Part shown: positions 45,596 to 56,919 of the stretch, in pieces | Layout of the letters: the number at the start of each line of letters is the position of its first letter | Position numbering within the stretch: position 1 is the stretch's first letter | Assembly (NCBI GenBank): GCA_905178155.1 | Contig: CAJINV010000004.1 | Span: 4,582,518-4,646,517, forward strand | Direction: 5' to 3' | Source: Amoebophrya sp. A120 | Lineage: Eukaryota; Protista; Dinoflagellata | DNA: 64,000 bases | The notes under the pieces: generated by a model | Database searches by the model: none | Told to the model about the DNA's origin: nothing | What the model saw: only the letters and a program-made list of their open reading frames with translations | Made by a program: the position numbers and the translations under genes

Positions 45596-48500
45596 ATGGC
45601 TCCTGCGTCGACGCTTTCGTCCGGGTCAGATAAACCACAGAAACTGGATTTGGCAGTGGAGGGTGTTGCCCTGACGGCGAGTCGCAAGTCCACGGAGAAC
45701 AACATTCCCGTCGATGACCGCCAGCAGAGCAACAGTCGGCTCGCACGGCTGCGGCGGCACCAAGCGAAAATTCGGCAATGCGCGGAGGAACTGGGAATCG
45801 AGCTTTCTTCCAGCCAGGTTGGCGGCTCGTCTTCGTCCGCATCCAGCTCACGAGCTGAAGCGGGGGGTGGCGCGTCGGCGTCAGTGTTAGCAGGTAGCGA
45901 AAAAAGCAGCCAGACCGAAGGTGGTGCTAAAGATGGTCGTGAAGACCAGCACGACAGGGGAGCAGCTGCGTCGGAAGGACAGCAGGAACAAGGCGTGATG
46001 AAAATAGCCGGTAGCTCCGCAAGTAGCTGCGCGGCCTCCTCCGCTTCCTCTAAAACTGAGGCAGACCACCACGCGAGCAAAGCCAAAGCTTCGCTCGATC
46101 TCACCGCCCTCTCAGACCACCTCGCGGACGTCATTGGGACGCTAAATGATCCTTCGAACAACAAGAAGGCATACACTGCAGAGGACCACAACAGAAACTC
46201 CCTCTCGTTGCTGTCGCCATCTGCGGATCATGATCTTTTTGGTTCGAAGAAGGACATCATCAAACACACCAAGCTACATGATGACCTTCAGCTGCAGAAG
46301 CAGCTCTCGAGTACCACCTCCTTGCTTTCCACTTCAACGCGCGATTTGGACAATGATGACGAGGTGCACGCGATCCTGGCGAGGTGGCGGAGCAGCAACA
46401 AACCATTGTTGATGGCGTCGCCAGACTCGGGCACTGTGAGCGGTTTTGGCTACAACCTTTCCCCGGATATGGTCGGGACTACTTCATCCGGAAGAGATCA
46501 TGCAGCGAAGAGAGTTCTTGGGCCTCTATATGCCACGTCCTCCTCCTCCTCAGCCGCAGCTTTGCAGAAAGATAAGCTCCAGGTTGACGCTATTCTTGCG
46601 GCGCACCGGTCGAGCACGGATATCTTGGACGAAGATCCGGATGTGGTATAGATGAAGACAGTTCATCGTCGTGCTGATGTGTTAGATCCGTAAACAACGT
46701 ACGACCATCGAAGATGATCATTCTGACAGCGAGGACGTCGCATGTTGTACATCTATACGCATGATGGGAGATAGTTTTTTTCTTTTTCACCGCAATCTAT
46801 CGAAAAGTATAGGATTTTACGGCGTAAAAACTTGTAAATACAGGTAATCGAGCGCATCAAAGCTCGCCTTGGAATTCGTGGGTCGCCTCGGAGCTCCTGC
46901 AAGGATTCTGTCTTGGTCCAACCTGGAACTCCCTCCTTTCGCCTTCCGTCGAATTTGCAGGCCGTGCTCGATCGCAGCGCGACACACAGTTTGTCGTCGG
47001 CAAGTCCATTTTCGGATTTGTTGAAAGCAGGCACGACTGGCGCCACGCCGACCGACACAAGTAGGATCCTCCCCGCCGGGCTTGTCGCAGTGCCGAAGGC
47101 GCAGCTGGAAGAGGTTCGGGCGTCCAGTGTCGGGCTAATTGGCGGGGATGCCACCACGGTTCTCCGGGCAGTAGCGCAGGAACTGCAAGGTGATACAACT
47201 ATCGACGCGCCTGGTCGTGCGCCGCACAGTGCAAACAACGAGACCACGCGGTCGCAGGAACAAAAACGCGATGATGCTGCACCAGAAGTTGACAACTACA
47301 ACAAAACAAGCAGCACTGAGATTGAGACTCAGAATTCTGCACTGCACGAAAAGTTGCTGTCCCTGGAGTTTGGTCATTCGGAAAAGCGTCTGGCCTTGGA
47401 CTCGATAGACCCGATTCGTTCTAGCTCCTCCACTATCAAATGCAAATATGTCTGGGTGTGGAAGTCGAGTGTAAAAAACTTGTCATGCAGGTTGTCCATG
47501 CTCCCTGAGGTCTGGGATGCGGGACGGACCTAGCATGGCAGAGTCTGTGAGGTCTCTGTCATGCCTGTCCTGCATAAGAAACTCCCTCCCAACTTGGTCG
47601 AAAGTGGACAGCTTTTGGTACTGATACAACACAGATTTTTGCATGAATCGGATTTAGCATGACAAGTTGCATCTTCAATCCTCCAGACCCAGACACTTTT
47701 GCAATCCATATCCACGCGAGCTGCCTCGAAGACCACCACCGTTGCAGGGGCGTCGGAGGCGGAGCTTCATCAGCAACCAGACATTGCGAACACCGAAGAT
47801 GCGTTGAGTTTCTCCGCATCGTCAGCCGCGTCCAGCTCGAGGTGTGCTGCAGCAGGTGGAGCAGGCGCCTTTTCCGAAATCGAAGATGGACGCACAAGAA
47901 GTAGCAAGGAGGTTGATGGGGCTGCTGGTGCAGACGACACTGCACTACCTGATGAAGGTCGTGAAGTACCAGCTGCAAATCGGGATGCGTTTCTCCACCT
48001 CGAAGGTGAGTTTTCTTCCAAAAACACAATCACAACAACCGAGGAAGCGCCGGACACGGGAGCAAGTCGGGATCATGTTGACTTCGCAACAGGAGCTGCA
48101 GTTGTACCAGAAGAGACCACCTCGGAAGGTGATGAAAAAGCGCTTGCTTTTCAAAATAACAAAGACCGAGAAGCTGCCGCTGCGGACGTAGCTGTACTAT
48201 TCTTGTACTGCTTGTTAAAGAAGTTCTTACACGCAGGGTTCTTCTTCTTACGTAATCTGCGGTTTGCTCGTTTTTTGTGGAAGAAATGTCGTAGTTGCCG
48301 GACACTGCTCTTGTAGTTGAGGATGTACTTCTTGTGAGTAAAGTCATATCGGATTCTTCAAAGATGAAAAGATACACTGGTCAACCAGGTTCCTACCGCA
48401 ACTACATCTGGCAGAACAACAGCACCAGTAGCTGACCCCATGATCGCCACCTCCGCGCAGTCTCCTTTCCACCGCAGGAGTATGAACCAGCTTTCGACAG

Positions 48501-51500
48501 GGTCGTCTCCCGGCGTCGAACGGATTTCCGCAGCGGACATTCAGGCATGCTTGCGAAGCTTTGACCTGGATCCTAACACCTCCAGCACCTCGCGAACGAA
48601 GAACACACGCTACAATAACGTGACCACGACCATATTATCCGGCGCAAAAGTATAGTCGTATTGTTGTGCTGCTCGACCACGTACTACTCACACTATATGC
48701 TGATGCATGACATCAAATCTCTCTTCTATAAGTAAATCAGCACTACAAGAACTTCTGCTTTTCCACCACTTGAAAACGTTTGTGATGCAATCTGCGCTAT
48801 TAAACTCCGATTATACAACTTTTGCAATGCATAGACCCACAACGACAGTGGTTTCACTTCCAATCCCGACGTCGACAGAAGTTCGATGCTGGACCACATC
48901 GACACCAGCACAGGAACAGCAAGTAGATGCAAAATTGATGAAGTCTTTTTCCCGGCTGGCGCGCAACATCTTCCAAAGACGCAGAGTGTCACGAGGACTA
49001 CAATTGGCGGAGATCATTCTGAAGATGCAGCTCCAGCGTGTAGTGGCTTTGGAAGTGGTCCTGCGGATGAGCCTTCACCTTGTTCAGGTCGCGCTGCTCC
49101 TGAAGATGGCGAGCCGGGTGCACTTTTCCCCGTGCTGCACCAGCTGCCGCAACATCAAGCCGAGGATTTTTACCTGCGGGACAGCGTGCTCGAGCTCAGT
49201 ATGGATTCCTGGATCGATGTCGGAGAGAAGGGCAGTGCGAAGTTGTCAGCCTCGCCACAGGATATTCTGGACGATTACCAGCAGCAGCAGCAGCAAGCTT
49301 GTTCGCCAGAGGACGTCAACATCCACAATGACGTTCCGCAGGTCGTGGTGGGTGGGGCGCTGGTGCCAAATGAGAAGCAACTCGCTCGAGAAGATGAACA
49401 GTGCGCGTTGGTTGAACAACAAGAACATCTTCCAGAGGCGGGGGAACGTGAAGAGCGCGGTGATGTTGACACCACACGGTCTCAGTCCGCTGCCTCAATT
49501 GCGAGGGAGATACTTCGGCCTGCAAATAAAGCTCCTGCAAATTATGCAAGAACATCGAAACCTCGTACAACCAGTTGTACCACCTCTTCCCATTTCACGA
49601 ACGACCAGGCGAACAACGGCCCGCCTCCCGGCGTAGATTTCTACGATGCCAAGTACCAAGAGTATCTGAAGCAGAACTTCAACCTTTCGCTTATGGGGTT
49701 CTCAAGCGTGGTTACGTTCTCAGCTGTGACATGAATTTGTCATGCAAATTTAATACCAGAAAGATCGCCACGATTAAGCTGCATCGCATGACAAATCTCC
49801 GAAGGGCTAAACAGCATCTAAATCTGCGCCAGAGCTGTAATGCAAAAGGCGCAATCTTCCCCCTTTCACTTTTGCCGTTCTTGCATTACAAATTGATGTA
49901 ACAGTTGAGAGCGTAACATTTGAGAACGCCATATCGCTGACCCCCTCGGACGAGTCCTCATCCAGTGAGCACGACCGGGTGCTGCTGTCGCGGAGCAACC
50001 AGGGTTGGCCCTGCATCCTATGCAATACAAATTTCCCGTACATGTACGAGATGCATCACAAATTTCGCCAATTTGGAGCTGCGTAAAACTTGTCATGATA
50101 AACTAGGATCGAAGCCAAGTTTTGTCATGCAGAGACCGCATTTGTACGTGTGCGGGGAATTTACTGTGGATACATCCCCTCTCCGGACGACGACGACAGT
50201 GTGCTGAATGGAACCAGTATGGAAGAAAAAAACTGTGTAAGTGTAATTCTGTGATGCAGAAAATGCAAAACAGTTACACTTGTCATGCTCGACATGCATG
50301 ATCGGCTCGTTTCCTATGTGTTTCCCCTTCCTATCTGCGCATGACAAGTTTTTCCTGTCATTGCAGACAAACTTGTGATGCTGTTTTCCCAAAATATTTA
50401 CACTAACACAGTTTTTTTCTTGGATAACCAGCGACATCACACTGGACCACAGCGGCCATCAAGGGATTTTGAGCAGTTGTAACAACAAGTCCAGGATGTT
50501 GGCCAGCCCCAGTGCGGACGGCGGGGGTCGTGTCGGAGGTGGTGGCGTTGCGGTCGTGGAGGATTTGGAGGGACAAGAGCAGGCAGCAGAGGGGGTTGTA
50601 GAAGATGTTCTTGCAGCTGCACACCAGAAAAACGATCAAGAAGGTGAAGGCTACGAGCGAGAACAACAAGCGCATTTTCGGGAACAAGTAGAAGCAGAAT
50701 TGGACGTAGCGATCGGGGGCAGTACCATCGCCGGTGTCGTGTCTACTGAGCAGCTGACAAACAAGCCTGGGCCAGCGGATCAGCTGCAGGGTAGTGGCAA
50801 GGAGCACGAGCAGAAACAGAATCTTCTTGGTCAACAAGAAGATACAGCTCTGGATTTTCGGATAGACGACGTGGACGAGCCCGCATTGGGACCAGAAGAA
50901 AGGGACGACGTCGAGGCAGGATGTCCTCTTTTTCGAGATGAAACCAATTCTGGAGTAAGCAAGAAGTATGAGGAGCTGCCGTCGCCCGTGCACGATGTCT
51001 TCGTGGAGCACGACGAGAGGCAAGTTCGACGAGGAGACACGGGAAAAATTGATGTTGACGCCGCAGGCACAACGTCTTCATCCTCTTCGTCCTCCTACAT
51101 GATCCGCAAGATCAGTGAGGATTTGCAGGACCAGAAGCACCGCCTGCTTTTCGAGGGCGTTAATAACGGCGACTCATATAGTAGAAAGACAAAGGGTTGT
51201 CCAACTACATCAAAGCTGGATGATTATCCTCCTTCTGGCCGCGGCGACATAATTCATCATCATCTCGAGGACCCGGACGACGCGGACATGATGCGCGTCG
51301 CGAATGCAATCGAGGGGGACCACCACGACCTCCACGATGAAAGTGTTAAACACACCGGTGCTGCGGGGAGAAAAACCTCCGACATGTTTGATGTTGTGTC
51401 TGCTTCCTCCAGTTGCACTTCCTCGATTTTGGGACAACAGGTGAATACCTTGCTTTTCAAAACAACGAAAGATAGCATTGATGGCGGGAACAAGAAGAGT

Positions 51501-54500
51501 AGTACCAGTACCAAAAACAATAGCAGAAGACAAGAACCGACGATCATCTCTAGTTCATCTTCAACATCAGAAGTCGTCGATTTGCGCAAAGTGCAGATTC
51601 AGCGACCCAGTACGACGCGCGTTATGAAAACGAAAAGCACAAGCAGGGACGCTGCTCGACGTCCAGAAACTGCAACTACACGCAGCAACAAGCGGCTTCT
51701 TTCCCGGTCCGAGCGAGTAGGGGCGCTGGATATAATCGGGTCGTTGCAACGAGGCGTTCTTTATTCCAGAGAAGTTGTAGCTCCTGTGGAACATCAAGTA
51801 GATGATGCAACGCCCTCAGCTTCCGTCGTGACGACTAAAGCTTGCTTCACTTCCTCTTGCCCGATCCGGTCGCTTCACGTGGAACATCAGCAGGAGCTGC
51901 TGCGTCACCAATTGTCGCTCGCGGTAGGGGCAGATCCTGTGTCCATTCCGCCAGCTGTTGTTGATCAACGACAGAACTACAGGGATCATGTAGTTACTAA
52001 GTGGAACTTTTTGGGAATGCGGAAAATTGAAAAAAAATCTGCCCTTTTGAAGACAGGGTGGCGAATACGACGGCACGAGTAGGCGGCTGCGCGGTGGGCA
52101 GCTGGGCGAATATTCCTCCTTCTGCTCAAACAAATTAGCGAACGCGGGGCCATTCCAAGATCCTCACTCACAGGCACGTAGATGCACTACACCAAAATAC
52201 AGAGGCAACCTACAGGGCTGAAGCCCCTAACACGTCACGCCGATCCGCTGCCAACCGGGGACGGCAACAAAAAGCGGGCGTCCCAATCACCTCTCCCGCC
52301 CGTGGTTCGGGCGATTCCGGGGCGCCCAGACGGCGCGGCCGGGGGGGGCGAAAATGAGGCAAAAAGCAAGTCCGTGCCGCCGCGGTTCAGATCATTTAAA
52401 GGCCCGGCATGGCAAAAAGCGCCAATTTTGAGCATCAAATTTCTGCGGAATGGCCGGAGCCCCCTCCCCCGGGGGAGGGGTTGGCCCCTTCCATTCCGCA
52501 GAAATCGAAATCCCCATGCTATGGCCATTCCGCAGAAATTTCCCCCGATCGGTATCCATTGGTTTTTAAGCTAAACACGGGCTAAACGCTAAAAATGGCG
52601 CCTGAGTTGAGTCCTCGGATTATGTCCTTGTCCCCACACCTCCAAGCGAATAGCTGGCCCAAGTATTTCCAGGGGTTGGGGCTGCTGCGGGCCTTATGCA
52701 AGAACCGCACGCGGGGAGCCTCGATGTGCGACAACCAGGGCGCGCGCACCTGGCAGGCTATTGATGTCTGTTGTTGATATTATGCCAAGCACGCGCCTTG
52801 AGCCCGGGCGCTGACCTTCCCAGACCGGATCGCGAGAGGTAGGCAGAGGACTTTCGGCTCGTTGAGAAGCAGCGGACTTCGAGGACGCCAACAGGACTGC
52901 TTCAACGGTGGGGGCACTGCGAAAGGGCAGAACTTTTTTCATTTTTCCGCATTCCCAAAAAGTTCCCCTTAGTATCCATTCCGCCAGCTGTTGTTGATCA
53001 ACGACAGAACTACACAGATCATGTAGTTGGACACGGCTATGTTCTTATCCAACAAAAAAGCATTAGCGTTAGCGTTTTGACATTTGCTGGCGAAAGCCAA
53101 ATGCTGCGTTCCGTTCAGACAGATTCGCGCTAGCTGGAAGCAGTGAAGGCAGTCTCTTCGGCCGCGGAGCGGATCGGAGATGATACCGCCAAAGATCTGG
53201 GCGACAGCTCGGCCGCGCGCATGTCTGGGGCTCCAGGGACTCCCGGCTACGCGACCTCCTGACCATGCGGCGGGCTGACAAGCCGTCGCTCCTGGAGTGC
53301 CTGAAGACCCGTTTTTGGCTCGCGGCTCTTGAGCCCGAGCAAGATGATCAAGCTTCCCAAAGTCTGGCATTAGCGTTTCTGTCCTCGGAGGTCATTTTGA
53401 CCCCCCGAGCACAGGCGAATTTGAATGGTCCACAAAAAAAACGCTAATACCAAACTTTTTTTTCCAGCTACAGGTCGTGCCAAAGTTTGGCATTAGCGTT
53501 TTTTCCTGGTACCCGAAAAAACGCTAATGCCAAATTTTTTTTTCCAGCATTAGCTCGCGCCAAAGTCTGGCATTAGCGTTTATTCCGGGCGCCCAAAAAA
53601 AGTGCGGCTTTTGTGCGGTTCGGAAAAAAACGCTAATGGCGGAGTTTGGCACGACCTAACGCTGAAAAAAAATTTTTGGCATTAGCGTTTTTTTGGGTGC
53701 CTGTAAAAAACGCTAATGACAGACTTTGACACGACCTATAGCTGGAAAAAAAAATTCACCATTAGCGTTTTTTCTGTTGACCACTCAAATTTGCATCAGC
53801 TGGCCATCAAATCTGTAGATTTTTGATGGCTCGGCCACCAAACGCCAGTAGACACCCAAAAGAAATGCAAACCCGCACTACAACCTGCCCCGAACCTGGT
53901 CAAATCAGGCAAAAGCCCGGCGACGATGGTGGCAGCCCGATGGCGGGTGGATTTCATCATCAACGCTTGGGCACTGAAGTACGGACCAACGGCGGAGAGG
54001 ATCTGCAACAAAATGCCGGAGAATACAAAGGGGCGCCGGTTTCCTGTTGCACCGGAGGAGAAGGATACACACTTAGCTGACGGATGTTCGTCTGGGCGTG
54101 AGCTTGCTAACTTAACATGCAAAATCAAAAAAAAACTCGCTTGTTTGAAAAAATTCGAAAACGCTAACGCTAATGCTTTTTTGTTCGATAGTTCTCACGG
54201 CTGTTGTTGATCAACGACAGAACTACACAGATCATGTAGTTGGACACGGCTATGTCCTATCCAGGAAAAAACACCCATCCCCATCCATTTTGCCTTATTT
54301 TTGATCAAGAAACGAGGTATAATTTTCAAAAAATTTTCAGGTCTGTTACGCATGCCTGCCGGCATATATCCGCGCTAAATTCACCTAGCTAAAGTGGCGT
54401 CCTAGATAAGTGCAGCTGATAAGAATTCAACTAGCTAGATCTATCGCAGGAGCCCGCACCGGCTGACGAGTCGGAGATCCTGCCCGCGCCGGCTGTCGTC

Positions 54501-55892
54501 GCGAGCACGTCGGGGATGGTGTCCTCGTAACGTGCGCCCGATTCCTTCAGCGCCAGGCAATCTGCTTCGCCCTCCGGAGCCTCATGCTGCGCGACCTTTA
54601 GCCGCTGCTCGTGCGGCTTATTGCGGATCCGCTTCAGAGCTCGGAGCGCTCTAGGCCTGTACTTCTTTGCCCAAAGTGCAGTCGCCATTTCGCCGTGCCA
54701 GCGCATCGCCACATGCGAATGTAGCGACGGGCCTGTGTGGATATGTTGGGGGAAGATGACCAAGGTGAATGAAGAATCAGGGAAAACAGCGGCATGGGGC
54801 CTCTGTCTTGCCTCTCTCGCGGCTCACGTGGCTCCGAGTCGGAGCCCTCCTGCCTGGCCAGATGTTGAGCCACCATTCTAAATGACAAAGCCTTGGACTT
54901 TTTTTGCCAGAAAAAAAATCCAAAAAAATATCCGTTTCGAAAGTCCAGTCCAGTCCAGTCCAGTCCAGTCCAGTATAATATCCGAGTCCAGTCCAGCTGC
55001 GCGCTTGGTTTCGTCTGATTCCCACTGCCCCGCAAAAACCTCTTCCCGCATCAGGTTCAACGCCTCCCCAAAAGCCCCGCGATAAGATTCGCGAGCCAAA
55101 TCGCCCCCGACGAAGGCCCGCAAGGCGGCTCGCAGCGAGTTGCCTTCTTTGGGATCTCGACTCCGACGTCGGCCGACCAATGCGATAGACCTAGCTAAGT
55201 CAAATTCCTCTAGTTGAGATGCTTCTCATGGGCGCCACTAGCTAGTGTTGTGAAGTAGGTGCACTCGAAACCATCATGCAAAAACGATTTCAGTTTTTTT
55301 CATTTTTTTGTTGTTTTTTTGTGATTTTTTTGCTATAAAAAAAAGGCAAGATGGATGGGGATGGGTGTTTTTTCCTGGATATGTTGATCAACGACAGAAC
55401 TACACAGATCATGTAGTTGGACACGGCTATGTTCTCACACCAGCTGACCCGACCCCCTCCTCCGGGAGCATCAATCAAAGTCCTCTTCACGGGGACGCTG
55501 AGAAGGTGATAGTTGCTGCCAGTAGCCGAAGTGCTGGTGGGGCAGTCGCAGTAGAGCTACAAGAACATGAACAAGGTGTGAAAACACTCACCACGAAGTT
55601 GTCTTCTATGCCCACAGAGCACGCGCACCAACTGAGCTCGAACTCCGTCTACAAAACGTACCTGATCTACAAGCGGCAGCTCGCCGACATTCGGGCGCGC
55701 GCCGCTGCGGCCGCTACGGAAGACCATCAACAGCAGGAGTTGTTCTTGCACGCAACGACAAGGAGCAGAAGCGGTGCAGGCGGGACCAGAAATTGGTCCA
55801 CAACTACTACCCGCGGAGCAGGTGCGAACAACATAACGACCCAACAGATCTCGCCGACATTGCAGCTCTATCGGCCACGGTATCGTTCGTGA
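45596..55892 (+). CDS. Large low-complexity protein of unknown function
   Basis: Chain of + ORFs (45596, 46913, 47699, 48440, 48886, 50469, 55308) joined in frame by removing 8 TIR elements and about 2 GT-AG introns. No recognisable domain; 3' end uncertain. Confidence 0.65.
47434..47710. mobile_element. Introner F4 (277 bp)
   Basis: TATCAAATGCAAATATGTCTGGGT / ACCCAGACACTTTTGCAATCCATA; DR TCCAC/TCCAC; interior similar to 14367. Confidence 0.93.
48633..48833. mobile_element. Degenerate introner F1 (201 bp)
   Basis: TATTATCCGGCGCAAAAGTAT...ACTTTTGCAATGCATA; DR GACCA/GACCC. Confidence 0.72.
49692..49933. mobile_element. Introner F8 (242 bp)
   Basis: TATGG.GTTCTCAA TIR; DR TCGCT/TCGCT. Confidence 0.92.
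50019..50172. mobile_element. Introner F2 (154 bp)
   Basis: TATGCAATACAAATTTCCCG...GGGGAATTTACTGTGGATA; DR CATCC/CATCC. Confidence 0.93.
50218..50426. mobile_element. Introner F7 (209 bp)
   Basis: AAGAAAAAAACTGTGT.AGTGTAA TIR core; DR ACCAG/ACCAG. Confidence 0.92.
51995..52974. mobile_element. Long TIR element A (980 bp), TAC...GTA termini, flanked by a 53-bp direct repeat
   Basis: ~50-bp TIR TACTAAG.GGAACTTTTTGGGAATGCGGAAAA; flanks 51942-51994 and 52975-53027 match at 51/53. Confidence 0.9.
53046..54190. mobile_element. Long TIR element B (1145 bp)
   Basis: TIR TATC.AACAAAAAAGCATTAGCGTTAGCGTTTT; DR GTTCT/GTTCT; internal fold-back 53416-53794. Confidence 0.93.
54258..55381. mobile_element. 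Long TIR element C (1124 bp, F6 termini), flanked by a 53-bp direct repeat
   Basis: TIR TATCCAGGAAAAAACACCCATCCCCATCCAT; flanks 54205-54257 and 55382-55434 match at 52/53. Confidence 0.93.
54942..54996 (+). repeat. (AGTCC)n microsatellite inside element C
   Basis: 6 perfect units, a short spacer, then 2 more units. Confidence 0.85.
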
Positions 55893-56919
55893 TTTGAATT
55901 TGATGGTGGAGGCGTTGGCAGTGCCAGCGCACAGCGACTGCTCCCTCACCCTCTGGAATGAGAAAAACCTTGCCCGCAGTTGTTGTGCTGGCAAGTAGGT
56001 GCACCTCTACAGCCAGTATGCTTAATTTGCAACTAAGTGAATTAAAGAACAGCTGCTGTCCCCATGGAGTAACAAGTTCGGGTTTGCGAATCACGCAAGC
56101 TTGAGGTAATCAAAAAGCGCCAGGATTTTAAACTCTTCAATAAACGACACAACCTTGCGCCGAAGCGACGTGTTTTTGTTTACAATGAACTTGCCATAGT
56201 ACGAAGATTCCTATGCTGATGCAACCCTGCCTTTCATCCAGCACCGATTCTTGTGATGTATACTAAACATCACCATGTCATCAAGTAGAAGTAGTGCAAA
56301 GTCAAGAGCGAGGTTTTAGTTACGCTGAGGCGGGCCACGACCTGCTCTGATTCCGAGGAATGCATGATCAGTGTCTTCTTTCTCTTGCGATGCGTCCTCT
56401 GGTACACCTTTTCACGAAAGTGTTCTAGACCCGCAGGGTTGCGCTTCCGAATTCGTCTGTGAATCGAGCGAATGGGTGTCGTCCGTGAACAAGGCGTGTT
56501 TCACTGTGTCTTTGGACCACTTAAAGCTGTTTCTGTCCGGAAGCGAGGAGTGCTTGTAAAAATTTCCGTCCTGTTGCGAGAGGCAGAGGGAGACCATTGC
56601 TGAAGGCGGAAATAAAATTTCAGGAGATGACGAACAAAAAAGCGAGACTGAGCGCGCACATCGTAAAAAAAGGTCTACTTCGATATCTTGCTGTAAAGAA
56701 CGATAAGTACCTTCGAAAGCGCACTTTTTTACGAATGAACAAAAGCCGAATCGACCTTTTATTCTAGTAATAAGTCTGCCCACCGTGCAGCTCTCGTTTC
56801 TGGTGTTTCTCACTTGGGAAATTTTTACAAAAGAGAAAATACATAACTCTGTCTCTCTCTCTGTCAGCAAGGAAGATTACGGCGGCCGTTGCGAGCGGCA
56901 TCTGGTCCACAGGACTACC

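Noticed and set aside
51942-55434. Four near-identical ~50-bp repeats separated by unique sequence, superficially CRISPR-like
   Set aside because: The 'spacers' are about 1 kb with their own TIRs, the repeats are in-frame exon pieces, there are no cas genes, and the context is eukaryotic.
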